Part shown: positions 10,007-19,844 of the stretch, piece by piece | Layout of the letters: every line of letters begins with the position of its first letter | Numbering within the stretch: position 1 is the first letter of the stretch | Made by a program: the position numbers and the translations under genes | From: a virus | Lineage: Duplodnaviria; Caudoviricetes | DNA length: 64,000 nt | IMG/VR virus record: IMGVR_UViG_3300014590_000001 | Span: 64,001 to 128,000 of that record | Strand: one strand, 5' to 3' | The notes under the pieces: generated by a model | What the model was told of the DNA's origin: nothing | Database searches by the model: none | What the model saw: only the letters and a program-made list of their open reading frames with translations

Positions 10007-10116
10007 CTAGGAGAAATTTATAAAATTTGTATCTTGACGCAAATTCGTACCAATAGTCCACAACTGCGCAAGATAAAAACGTATGACAATTTAATTCTTA
10101 GCGTGTAGGAGTTACG

Positions 10117-11178
10117 ATGAAATTTTGTAGCGTCGGTACAGTTAAAACACTTCGGGAAGAGGAAGATTCTTCGGCACTTCAGTATCTGTTTGATGCCGGT
10201 TCACCGAAACCTACGGATCTTGAGTCCATGTTAAGTATTCTTCCGGATGCGAGATCAATTGTATATGACAAAGAGGGAGACAGTTTAAAATGCTCTCCGT
10301 TGGCCGGTCTGCTCGATAGTAAATATTATCTGACTTATGTGAATATACCTTTGTTCGGAATTGAACTACAGAGCACGGCAGGTTTTCCTACAGTAAACAA
10401 GACTCCGTTGGACGTGTTCAAAATGTTCTGTTCCACATTTAGCAATTGGGAAGCGGCAAGTTCCATGCTAACTACCACTAAGAAGAGTGTTTTAAAACGC
10501 GGAACTTTTGGTTATGGGAAAATAATCTCAAACTCCCCATATCGCTACACGTATTTAGATTCTTCGCTTAGAACTCAAATGCTTTTGATTCCAACAAAAA
10601 TTGCTGATGCTCGTAAGAGTGCCACACATAAAATAAGTTTGAGTGCTGCGCAAGCATTTAATGGAACGGAAAGCTATACGAACTATTATGGTAGGTGGGT
10701 ATACACTAAAACTAGAACGTCGTATCTAGCGCAGGTACGAGTCTCGATGAATGGAAATTTTGGTGTGCTGTCCAGTCGCATTTATGCAGCAACTGCTGGA
10801 AGTAATGATATTCCTGTTACACTTGGAACTCAGTCGGGTATAAATTTAAATAGCCCGATGTACGAAGAAACCTATTACAACGTTAACTCAGAAAAAATAA
10901 CTGACTGGTCTTATTTCCAACCTGAATATCAAAACAATACCGCACTTACTACGATGGAAAGTTTATTGCCTAGTGTTGATACCGTAGGCATAGATGAAAC
11001 TATTGATCTTTCTTTTGGTGTTACTGTACTGCGACGGCAAAACGAATTTGTATGCCGCATAAGTGATTTCACAAATGATTTGGTTCAAACCGGATCGAAA
11101 GTACCAAACACTTTGCCCACTGTCTCTTTGGCTAAGGCGTGGCCTGTACAGCAAATTTCTCCGGTGATAAGTCTTTAG
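10117..11178 (+). CDS. MKFCSVG-family paralog 1 (probable virion protein)
   Basis: AGGAG RBS; conserved N- and C-termini shared with 11187..12275. Confidence 0.75.
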   Translation: MKFCSVGTVKTLREEEDSSALQYLFDAGSPKPTDLESMLSILPDARSIVYDKEGDSLKCSPLAGLLDSKYYLTYVNIPLFGIELQSTAGFPTVNKTPLDVFKMFCSTFSNWEAASSMLTTTKKSVLKRGTFGYGKIISNSPYRYTYLDSSLRTQMLLIPTKIADARKSATHKISLSAAQAFNGTESYTNYYGRWVYTKTRTSYLAQVRVSMNGNFGVLSSRIYAATAGSNDIPVTLGTQSGINLNSPMYEETYYNVNSEKITDWSYFQPEYQNNTALTTMESLLPSVDTVGIDETIDLSFGVTVLRRQNEFVCRISDFTNDLVQTGSKVPNTLPTVSLAKAWPVQQISPVISL

Positions 11179-11186
11179 GAGGTACG

Positions 11187-12275
11187 ATGAAGTTTTGTAG
11201 TGTTGGTGCTGTAAAATATAAAACAGAGAGGCAAGGCTGCGACGCTCTACAGTATTTATTTGATTCAACCACAGCCAAACCGACGGACGTTAATTCGTTT
11301 TTGAATATTGTTTCTGATGCTCGTTCCATTAGTTATGAAGCTGATGAAAATGGAAATTTAAAATGCTCTCCACTCGCAGGATACAAAGATAACAAACTTT
11401 ATCTGACCAACGTAACAGTTGCGTCATATAGCATGGATCTTAACTCTCAAGTTCCTGGACTTTTAAGTACAACGAAATCGAACTTGGATGCGTTTTATGT
11501 ATTTTGTTGTGTGTACTCGAAACAATTAACGTCTGAAGATTCAATACAAAGTGGCAACCGCTCAGTGTTGCGTGATGGCGTTACTAAATATTCTAAATGC
11601 GATGCAGCTTCTCCTTTACGATATTCAACTAAGGCAGGTGCTCTTGGGTATAGAATGGTTTTGTACCCAAATAAGTTGAATGGAAAGGCAGCAAATCTGT
11701 CAGCGTACTCAGATTACAATTTATCAGAAGCTCAAACATTAACGTATTCGAACACAACGTACTACACAAACATATTCACTCAATATTCTAGAACAACTAG
11801 ATATGCAACTTATTTGGGCAACGTTCGTTATTCTTTCGGAAGTTCAACAACTAGCCTGTACGGTAGTTATCTTTCTGTAGGCTCAACCCTCCCCGTTAAT
11901 GCTAACTCTATTGCATGGTCTAGTAACAGTATGCCTGGCATTCAATTTTTCAGACCAACGCGGTACTATTACTATTACGATTCTATAAGAAGTGGAGCAA
12001 CTAGTTATTATATTGACGGAGCCTATATAGGCAATACAGTCACTACAACGGAAACCAGTGAACTTCCGTATCTGTCTTTGGCGGGAACGGATGAAACTGT
12101 TGAACTTGGTTTCAGCGCGGTCGGTTATCGTGATATAGAAAAGAATAATATTGTTATTCGTGATTTCGGAACCGATTTAATTCAGACCGGATCAAAAGAT
12201 CCAAACACACTTCCTACAGTGCAATTGGCGAATGCAATTAACTATGCGGTCTTAACTCCGGTTCTCAATTTATAA
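11187..12275 (+). CDS. MKFCSVG-family paralog 2
   Basis: AGGAGG RBS before ATG 11187. Shares ALQYLFD, DARSI, LKCSPLAG and QTGSK.PNTLPTV.LA with paralog 1. Confidence 0.75.
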   Translation: MKFCSVGAVKYKTERQGCDALQYLFDSTTAKPTDVNSFLNIVSDARSISYEADENGNLKCSPLAGYKDNKLYLTNVTVASYSMDLNSQVPGLLSTTKSNLDAFYVFCCVYSKQLTSEDSIQSGNRSVLRDGVTKYSKCDAASPLRYSTKAGALGYRMVLYPNKLNGKAANLSAYSDYNLSEAQTLTYSNTTYYTNIFTQYSRTTRYATYLGNVRYSFGSSTTSLYGSYLSVGSTLPVNANSIAWSSNSMPGIQFFRPTRYYYYYDSIRSGATSYYIDGAYIGNTVTTTETSELPYLSLAGTDETVELGFSAVGYRDIEKNNIVIRDFGTDLIQTGSKDPNTLPTVQLANAINYAVLTPVLNL

Positions 12276-12286
12276 GGAGAGACAAC

Positions 12287-12373
12287 ATGAGATTCTGTAG
12301 CGTGGGTGCAAAAAAGATAAATAGAGAAAGTGAAGCATTAGATTCCACAAGTATTACTTCAGACGAGTGCTAA
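12287..12373 (+). pseudogene. Truncated third MKFCSVG-family copy
   Basis: AAGGAG RBS, then MRFCSVGAKKINRESEALDSTSITSDEC* (28 aa). Confidence 0.7.
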
Positions 12374-12457
12374 GAAAGATTTAGTCGCAATATTTGAACT
12401 TTAAAATTCCGCATATGCCTGTTCAGAATAATTTGTACAGAGCAAAGGAGAATAATC

Positions 12458-12955
12458 GTGGAAATAATTCGTATCCCCTTATATGTGTCAAACGTGCCTG
12501 TTCCAGACGAAGGGCAACGCGATCCAAACGAACCGCCTGTTAAGTACGGTCTTGAAAATATTCTTAACTCGTGTGCGTTCGCCAAACTTCCCGATCCTGA
12601 AAATATTGTTGTTACAGAGGGAACTGCGCTGGCTGCAATCGGTGCAACTGCTTCACTGGCAATGACAGTTATCGCAAACACGTATCCTATTACTTGGATG
12701 AATACACGCAGCAACAAACTCAAGTTTCGTGTAAAAACAACTCTCCAGTGTGCGTGGGCGCAGAATTTAGATAACCTTCTGTCAACATACAACTGCATCG
12801 TAATCAACACCAATATTGCATCAACTCCTTACGGTGGTTTTCTGGTTCTGACTATCGGTAAAGAAGGAAGCAATGCGGATCTTATTTTGAGTGAAGCGAA
12901 TTTACGTGGTGGTAAATTCTTCGCGACAATCAATCGTGTTTCAGAGGAATTCTAA
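12458..12955 (+). CDS. Virion scaffold-family protein (scaffold only)
   Basis: AGGAG RBS with GTG start; C-terminal LTIGKEGSNADLIL motif. Confidence 0.65.
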   Translation: MEIIRIPLYVSNVPVPDEGQRDPNEPPVKYGLENILNSCAFAKLPDPENIVVTEGTALAAIGATASLAMTVIANTYPITWMNTRSNKLKFRVKTTLQCAWAQNLDNLLSTYNCIVINTNIASTPYGGFLVLTIGKEGSNADLILSEANLRGGKFFATINRVSEEF

Positions 12956-15168
12956 TGAGACTTTTAGGAAGCAATCTTTTACCGTTTAGCGTGGCGCAAC
13001 TTCCCGCAACATGGAATACAGGAATTGAAGTCGAAGCGTATTTCTTCGAAGGCAATATTCCTGACGATCTTTCGCAATACTTTTTAGATCAACGCAAACT
13101 GATTGCCGATAGTGTTGCTGTTTCGCGAATTGTTCTTCAGCCCACATCCGACGGTCTAATGTTCCATCAAGCATATTCCCACGGCGTTAAAGCCGTTGCG
13201 GGCAGTGTATATGATCCGAAACTTGGCGTAACGATTCACTATCCGAAAAATATTATTCCGCGTCGTACTACGGCAAGCTCAAGCGCGATGGATATTGATG
13301 CAGCCTACGCGGTTGACCTGATGACCGGAAATAAAAAACTGAAACAGCATTTGTCGCTGTCATTATTTCCTGGGTTTCCAATCAACGCCGTGCGTACACT
13401 GACAGATTTCGTCGGCAACACTAACGGTCAGATTGCTACGGTTTGCGATTTAGTTTTTGATCGTTTGATTACCTTCGACGCTGCTCTGTCTGACACTCCA
13501 GATAAAAGCGTTGCAGGTGCATTAAATATTATTGCACAATCAAGCACGGCAGGTTCAACTACAATCGGAACTAACTCGGCACTAACTGTTCCAATTAACG
13601 TAGCAACCAACGCAGCAACTACTCCGATCACAACCGATATTCTTCGCATTGGTGGAACCGCAAACGCTCGTCGAACATTGCCTGTAAGTATTGGAGATAA
13701 AAGCACAGCACCAGTAACGAAAAATATTGGTCATGCGATTCTGGTTATTCCTGATAGCAACAACGGTGCGCTTGCAGTAGGCAACTACGATATTCGATTG
13801 ATGGCAACGAAAGTTGGTGTGAAAGGTAGCGGAGAATTAATTGAAGTTGAATCGCTTTCTGTTTCTTCTGGTGAGTTTGTTGAAGTGATTCAAGTTCGTA
13901 CCGCAACCACAACATATATTCCTGATGGCAGTGCGCTGGATTGGATTGATCCTAATGCAACGTTTGCACTTGATGCTTCTCGCTTCTCTTCTGTTCCTGT
14001 TACGGATTATCTCGGCGTTCCGTTTACGAATTCTGGATGGGTGGCTAATCCGGATGGCAGTATTACAAGTGTCTTGAATAGTGCAATAACAATTCCTGCC
14101 GCTAACTTTACGCTGGACATTACGAAAGCATTCTATATTGAGTTTGACTATAAACAGGATGATATTTCTACACACGCTGAAATGAATATGCTTCAGATTC
14201 ATACCAGCTACACTGATAGATTCATTCTGTCTTTTGATCGCAGCAATGAAACTGGTTTCTGTATTTGGAACAACCAGCAAGGCACAGTAATCTCACGCGG
14301 CTGGGCTAACTACAGCAAACTTCTTTCAAAAGAATTTGTGAAGTTTCGATATGAATACAATGGAAATTCTGTTCATAGCGTTTATATTGATGATGTTCTT
14401 GTCGATCAATTCACTCATTCCAATAAGGCTTGCTCTATTCCTAACGCTCAAATCAGAGGGCCATATGGAAGCGATGCTTATCCGAAAGCAACCATTCGTA
14501 ACTATCAAATGGTGCAAGGAAAAAAGTCTAATCCTGGAGTTACTATTGACAGTTCTGGCATATACACGCTCCAGAATGTTTCTACAGGCGAATCAAACAA
14601 TGTGTATGTTGAGAAAGTTGGCGCAGAAGAGTATATGCTTATCGCTAACTGGACAAGTTCAGGAACGGCAGACAGAAGTTGGCGTGACATGACGCAGAAG
14701 GGATTTAACTTTGTTCCTTACAACGAATTGAACGATCCGGAACGTCCTGCTTGGCCTACTCCCGTATTAAACAATTCTGATAAGTGGATGTTTACTTCAG
14801 ATTGCGCAGGTTGGGTTTCTCGTTACGGCGCATATTTGATTGCCAACACTTTCGATAGCAGTAAAACTCAAATTGCAGTTGGCGAAGCAATTCCAGTTAA
14901 CACTCCGCTCGGAAATAAAAATATTTATTCCGGAAGTTCTGCTTGGTCACAAGTTACCGCAATGACAGATCCTATTCGCTTGTGGACACATCCAGATAAT
15001 TCTGGCCCTTGCGGTGGTGCTGGTATTATTGGTACAGACAAAATCTGCCCAATCATTTCTGCCTCATGGGGTCAGGTTGCTTCAAGCTGGCACACAGATC
15101 AAACAGGCACTAAACGAATGTATCTGAAGCTGGACTACACAACATTTAAAGTAACAGCGAAAAAATAA
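12955..15168 (+). CDS. Scaffold-family protein with discoidin-like, ConA/LamG-like and fibrinogen-like domains (putative receptor binding)
   Basis: YFFEGNIP...VGVKGSGELI scaffold. FYIEFDYK...VYIDDVLV...IRNYQM is ConA-like. SGIYTL...VYVE....YMLIA is fibrinogen-like. Confidence 0.65.
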   Translation: MRLLGSNLLPFSVAQLPATWNTGIEVEAYFFEGNIPDDLSQYFLDQRKLIADSVAVSRIVLQPTSDGLMFHQAYSHGVKAVAGSVYDPKLGVTIHYPKNIIPRRTTASSSAMDIDAAYAVDLMTGNKKLKQHLSLSLFPGFPINAVRTLTDFVGNTNGQIATVCDLVFDRLITFDAALSDTPDKSVAGALNIIAQSSTAGSTTIGTNSALTVPINVATNAATTPITTDILRIGGTANARRTLPVSIGDKSTAPVTKNIGHAILVIPDSNNGALAVGNYDIRLMATKVGVKGSGELIEVESLSVSSGEFVEVIQVRTATTTYIPDGSALDWIDPNATFALDASRFSSVPVTDYLGVPFTNSGWVANPDGSITSVLNSAITIPAANFTLDITKAFYIEFDYKQDDISTHAEMNMLQIHTSYTDRFILSFDRSNETGFCIWNNQQGTVISRGWANYSKLLSKEFVKFRYEYNGNSVHSVYIDDVLVDQFTHSNKACSIPNAQIRGPYGSDAYPKATIRNYQMVQGKKSNPGVTIDSSGIYTLQNVSTGESNNVYVEKVGAEEYMLIANWTSSGTADRSWRDMTQKGFNFVPYNELNDPERPAWPTPVLNNSDKWMFTSDCAGWVSRYGAYLIANTFDSSKTQIAVGEAIPVNTPLGNKNIYSGSSAWSQVTAMTDPIRLWTHPDNSGPCGGAGIIGTDKICPIISASWGQVASSWHTDQTGTKRMYLKLDYTTFKVTAKK

Positions 15169-15180
15169 AGTGAGGACAAC

Positions 15181-16200
15181 GTGGAATACAAACTCTATGA
15201 CGCGAGTTTCGTTCCTCAGCTTTCCCGTATTTTAGGATCAGCGAGCGACGATAAGGCGGCCTACGTTATTTCTCTGGCAGAAGGAAAAACAGAGCAAGAT
15301 CTTTTAGCTTGTCTCAACACAAGACCTTCAGGCTCAGGTTATTATTTTGATACCTCGCGTCTTACAAGTGATCTCGGCGTGTTGCTTGGAACCGGAAATG
15401 ATTGTGTTCGAAATTTGGTACATGACATTTTAAGTTTCTCGAAATGCAATATCACTTGTAGAGCAGCGGGTACTCCTACTCACGTTATTTTGGGCGGTAT
15501 TGCTCCTTTCGTTTTTGAAATTGGAAAGGACGTGAAACTTCTCAGCGTGACGACCGGAACAAGCGTTGACGTTACAGGTATCGGAAGCGTTGTAAGTGTT
15601 GCGGCATTCAAATTGAAATTCACTGCAATGGATTTTGTTAAGTTCACCCAGCTTGATATCGGCGCTATTTGGTATCGGCAGAGCTACGGTGAAGCGCGTT
15701 GGCTTGCCTTTAACGACTATGCAGTTCAGCTTGTTAGACAAATAGGTACGAAAGATTTTCAAATTGATTTTTCATGTGCCGATGCTGACAGTGGAGTCCG
15801 CACAGGGCTGTTGTGTTTGACGAGCGAGTTAGGATCAAACGCAGTCGCAGTGGATGGACTTTCTGTTCGATATGCTTCGACTGGTATGTATACCTCTAGG
15901 TTCTACTTAGAACGCGCAGGAACAACCACGTCTGAAATATTCATGACGGCTCCTGGCCGATTTGGATCTGTTCCAATTACAATAAAACGAATCAACGGTA
16001 TTACAAAAATTTATGCCAACAACGTAGAACTTCCATTGTATGCCTATAGCGATACTTCTCTTACAACTCCAGTGCAGTACAGTTTGGCGTATGATCTAAG
16101 TAATGCGGTTGTGTGCAGAATGGGGAAATTCGAAGCACCTGCGGGTGAGAGTAATTCGAATGGAAGAATTTTCAACATGACTGTCAAACAACTATTCTAA
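15181..16200 (+). CDS. Scaffold-family protein with C-terminal ConA-like domain
   Basis: RAAGTPTH and FEIGKDV motifs; DFQIDF...ITIKRING.TKIYAN. Confidence 0.6.
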   Translation: MEYKLYDASFVPQLSRILGSASDDKAAYVISLAEGKTEQDLLACLNTRPSGSGYYFDTSRLTSDLGVLLGTGNDCVRNLVHDILSFSKCNITCRAAGTPTHVILGGIAPFVFEIGKDVKLLSVTTGTSVDVTGIGSVVSVAAFKLKFTAMDFVKFTQLDIGAIWYRQSYGEARWLAFNDYAVQLVRQIGTKDFQIDFSCADADSGVRTGLLCLTSELGSNAVAVDGLSVRYASTGMYTSRFYLERAGTTTSEIFMTAPGRFGSVPITIKRINGITKIYANNVELPLYAYSDTSLTTPVQYSLAYDLSNAVVCRMGKFEAPAGESNSNGRIFNMTVKQLF

Positions 16201-16215
16201 TGCAGGGAGAAAAAT

Positions 16216-16692
16216 ATGATTGTAGATATTCCTGCGTATGATAGCGCATACTTTATCAAGAATGGTTTGGTGTGGGGAACGTTCAAAGGAAAGATCAAAC
16301 AAATCTATCCGAACTATATCACGCTGAACTATCTTATTCTGCGTAAGTTGATCGTTCGCAAAACTTTTAAAGTGTACCCTCCGGATGTTTTCAGCACGTT
16401 CCTTATGCCTAGCATGAAACTTCGTGCGAAGACCGGAAAGATTTATCCAGACAATGCAGTGTACTCAAAAACATTGTGGCAGAAAGTTTTCAGTATGGCT
16501 GCTTCAAATACTGCCAGCACGGAAGCTACTGGATTGGATGGAACCTATAAAAGCATAACCCCATTTGCTCCACAAGCAGATTCGATTCAATACGTGGCTC
16601 AAGATAATCCGATTGTTGATATTCTCGTAACACAAATAAGTTTGAAGGAACCGGATTATAACTTTGTGCCAGTTGGAGGACACATCGGATAA
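16216..16692 (+). CDS. Hypothetical virion protein
   Basis: GGAG RBS; TAATG coupling to the next gene. Confidence 0.6.
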   Translation: MIVDIPAYDSAYFIKNGLVWGTFKGKIKQIYPNYITLNYLILRKLIVRKTFKVYPPDVFSTFLMPSMKLRAKTGKIYPDNAVYSKTLWQKVFSMAASNTASTEATGLDGTYKSITPFAPQADSIQYVAQDNPIVDILVTQISLKEPDYNFVPVGGHIG

Positions 16693-17618
16693 TGAAAATC
16701 ATCGACACACATATTCGCGCTCAAAGTATGTTTGGGTTGCGAAACAATACGTGGGTAGGATCTGAAACTGCACAGTCGCGCCATCCATTTACGGGCGCGG
16801 CGTGGACGGCATTTATTATGCCTGGAGATCTTCCGGCAGATGAAAGTGCTATCGCGCAAATTTTCAAACAAGATTCTCTCGCAGATCTCTACAACAAAAG
16901 TATTGGTGTTGCGCGAGGATTAGCCTCCTTTATTGTGAAAACAAACGTTGTTCAATTTGTTCCACAAGCTAATTTCTTTTACAAGGGCGTGAGTTTCTAT
17001 AAACGTCAATGGGGCGTGAATTATCGCGCTCTTATGCCGAACCGCATTACAGAAACCGCAACAAGCAAGCGCACGTTAACTCAGTTGCTCGCAGGTAACT
17101 GCTTGGCGGATGCAGATTTTCGTCCTGAAACAGTTGGCTTAGGATCGATTATTGTTGAGTTTGATAATCCGGTTCGTCTGACTCATATTCAACGCAACGG
17201 TCTTTCGTTTATTTATACCGTTAACGCAATTGACGATCAGGGCGTTGAAACTTCGTTAGGTACATGGTCGCCTATGTATGGCGATACGACAATGTACGTT
17301 GCATCGAATCCGCAAACCGCAAAACGTTTCCGCATTTTTGCTACCGGAACGTTCACAACGATGGGGCCAATTACGTTACTAACTGACGTAACTGATTACA
17401 CAGCGCCTCCGGCGTTAGGTAATTGGGTTGTTGTGGCACATACGAATACGCGTGTTTGCGGTGACTTTGAAAAGAGTCCGTTAATTCCTTACTTCGCGGA
17501 AGTTCTCGGACACGGAAACGACGCAACGCAAAAACCTTTCACGCTACGAGCGCTCGCCTCTGATGCAGAAAACATTTTGTATTGTCCGAAGATTCGTTTT
17601 AATAACAGGAGAATCTAA
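16692..17618 (+). CDS. Scaffold-family protein with discoidin-like insert
   Basis: AFIMPGDLP; IIVEFDNPVRLTHI...PQTAKRFRI. Confidence 0.65.
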   Translation: MKIIDTHIRAQSMFGLRNNTWVGSETAQSRHPFTGAAWTAFIMPGDLPADESAIAQIFKQDSLADLYNKSIGVARGLASFIVKTNVVQFVPQANFFYKGVSFYKRQWGVNYRALMPNRITETATSKRTLTQLLAGNCLADADFRPETVGLGSIIVEFDNPVRLTHIQRNGLSFIYTVNAIDDQGVETSLGTWSPMYGDTTMYVASNPQTAKRFRIFATGTFTTMGPITLLTDVTDYTAPPALGNWVVVAHTNTRVCGDFEKSPLIPYFAEVLGHGNDATQKPFTLRALASDAENILYCPKIRFNNRRI

Positions 17619-18208
17619 TGATTGTTTCAAAGGCAATGCGAAACATTCGTCAGAAGATTGATTGGACTGCGGCAAACAGTGCGAACATCACAACTGGTCT
17701 ATGGCAGTTTGATTATAGTATTGAAGCGCGGGATGAACGTTTAGACTTCTCACAGTCGCGCGGCATGGATGTTTATTTTATCGCGGTTACGGGCGGCACA
17801 ATTACGGATGACGATTGGCATAATATTTACGGCCAATTAGGAGATAGTTTCGCAACCCAAACGCTGATAAGCACTCTGAAAACTTTGCGTCCAGATCTTA
17901 CGCTCACGGGAATGAGTACCGCTCAGGCGTGTGCGCGAATCAATCAGGAGTATACGGGAAGATATTTAAATTTCGATTTCACGTATACCAACCAGCCAGG
18001 CACTGTTAACTTCACTTCGATTCTGGCAGGAATTATCAGCCAATCCGCTGGCACTATTACCACGTCCACAAGCGTAACCAATTTATTCGAAATGAGTTAT
18101 CAAGATCTTTTGAATATGGGCGTGCCACTGGTGAACAACGGAAACGGAACCTACAAAATTAATACTAGTGTGGATCGACTCCGCATTAAAATCAGCGAGG
18201 ACGTATGA
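17618..18208 (+). CDS. Virion protein (possible divergent scaffold-family member)
   Basis: TAATG and ATGA coupling; T/S/N-rich. Confidence 0.6.
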   Translation: MIVSKAMRNIRQKIDWTAANSANITTGLWQFDYSIEARDERLDFSQSRGMDVYFIAVTGGTITDDDWHNIYGQLGDSFATQTLISTLKTLRPDLTLTGMSTAQACARINQEYTGRYLNFDFTYTNQPGTVNFTSILAGIISQSAGTITTSTSVTNLFEMSYQDLLNMGVPLVNNGNGTYKINTSVDRLRIKISEDV

Positions 18209-19281
18209 AACTTTTAGACTTACAAGAGCGCCGCACATACGCTACAAGTATTTTCATGGCGTACTTTATGGAAGGCGATTTCCCCACACAGTCGCAGCTT
18301 GATTCGATGGATATTCAAGACATAATGAATAACTGTCTTACCATGCGCCCTTATATTAACGGCCAATATAGCACAGGCGGCAGAACTATCATGCAGCCAA
18401 TGAGTCGCTACGATGCAGTAAAAAATTGGCCTCTGTATAGTGCTTGGCAGGAAGTCGATACAATTTACGGCAAACAAGTTCTACCGAAAACTAAAATTCG
18501 CCGTTTCCGTGATCTGAACATTGAAAACAGCTATCCTTCTATGCAGATTACAAACATGTGGGCGATGGTGGCGATGGGGCGCACCACGGACGCTCAAGTA
18601 GCGTCCAATTTGATGGCTACCACCGCTGGCGTATTTGTTCCTGATGTTGATCCTACGGACGCAACTAAAACAATTATTGCTGAATTTGATTTCGGTGCGG
18701 ATGTTGAAATCACAGGATACATGAAACTTTGCAGCAGCGTTTCAGCAGCAGCAAACCCAATGTATCAAGTAACTCTTCAGGCACAGCTTGCTGGTGTGTG
18801 GACTGATGTATCGGCACTATTCAATCCTTCAGCATCAGATGGACAAGACGCAACTATTTATCCAATTACATACACAGGCGCAAAAGTTACGGCGCGTTAT
18901 TTCCGTTTGCGCCGTAACTCAACTACAATGCAAGTTTATCCTGGCACAATTCGCTTCATGGGTAAATATGTTGCAGGAACTCCGCGCACTTTCGGAAAAA
19001 TCGGTTACATGATTTTGACGCCGTTTGCACGTAACAACTCAGTGTTTGATATGAACACGTTGGATAATAGATCAACGTGTAACACGATTCTCGGTACTCA
19101 ATATAACATCATGGATGATCGACAGGTCGCAATGAGTGCGTACTCGGTTACTGACGACCCGAAACAAATCCCTAACTTTGATTTGTTCTTACCAAACGGA
19201 TTGGACTTTGAACAGGGAACTGATCTGTATCCTCCGTTCTTCACAACCATTCCACCTGTAGTTGAACTGGAGGCATTATGA
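18205..19281 (+). CDS. Scaffold-family protein with F5/8-type C (discoidin) insert
   Basis: YFMEGDFP; AEFDFGADVEITG...LQAQLAGVWTDV...VTARYFRL. Confidence 0.7.
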   Translation: MKLLDLQERRTYATSIFMAYFMEGDFPTQSQLDSMDIQDIMNNCLTMRPYINGQYSTGGRTIMQPMSRYDAVKNWPLYSAWQEVDTIYGKQVLPKTKIRRFRDLNIENSYPSMQITNMWAMVAMGRTTDAQVASNLMATTAGVFVPDVDPTDATKTIIAEFDFGADVEITGYMKLCSSVSAAANPMYQVTLQAQLAGVWTDVSALFNPSASDGQDATIYPITYTGAKVTARYFRLRRNSTTMQVYPGTIRFMGKYVAGTPRTFGKIGYMILTPFARNNSVFDMNTLDNRSTCNTILGTQYNIMDDRQVAMSAYSVTDDPKQIPNFDLFLPNGLDFEQGTDLYPPFFTTIPPVVELEAL

Positions 19282-19835
19282 TTTCCAATAAAGATTTTGT
19301 TGGTGCTAAAATTCTCGCAAGCATCTATGATATTTTTACACCAACATCAGCCAACGTTCAATGCAAAGTTGGTCTGTTTACTGGTGTGATGCCGAATCTG
19401 GTTGTTCCTGATACCGTGCCTCAAAACTTTGCGATCACGCCAGCAAACTTTATGGCGGCGCTCGGCGTAACGTCTGCGCAGTTTTTAGGTTGTCAAAACT
19501 ATACAACTGCGAATGGACGCAAGCCTACTGTTACGATTGGGCAGAACGCAAGCGACAGAACAAAGACGCGTAAGATCAATATTAACTTCACCGCAGTAAC
19601 AACCGATTTGATCGGCGCAGCAAACGGAACTCCGACATTCTTTATTGCGTTACGTACAAGTGCCGCAGGTACAGATGCGAGTACGTGGGCAGCATTCATT
19701 TCCGGAACCGCAGTGGATGAAATCATGATCGGTACTGTAGGAAATGAAGATAGCGATGCGGAATTGAAACTTGTTGGCGGATCTATCGTTATCGGCCAGG
19801 GTTATCGAATGACGGATCTTAACATTCAATACTAA
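19278..19835 (+). CDS. Scaffold-family protein (scaffold only)
   Basis: LFTGVMP, GTPTFF, GTVGNEDSDAELKLVGG. Confidence 0.7.
   Translation: MISNKDFVGAKILASIYDIFTPTSANVQCKVGLFTGVMPNLVVPDTVPQNFAITPANFMAALGVTSAQFLGCQNYTTANGRKPTVTIGQNASDRTKTRKININFTAVTTDLIGAANGTPTFFIALRTSAAGTDASTWAAFISGTAVDEIMIGTVGNEDSDAELKLVGGSIVIGQGYRMTDLNIQY
19731..19780 (+). repeat. 50-bp dispersed repeat, copy 1 (copy 2 at 21269..21318)
   Basis: 41/50 nt identical by manual alignment. Confidence 0.8.
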
Positions 19836-19844
19836 GGAATCATT

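Noticed and set aside
10034-10062. Sigma70 promoter (TTGACG)
   Set aside because: There is no credible -10 box at 16-18 nt spacing.
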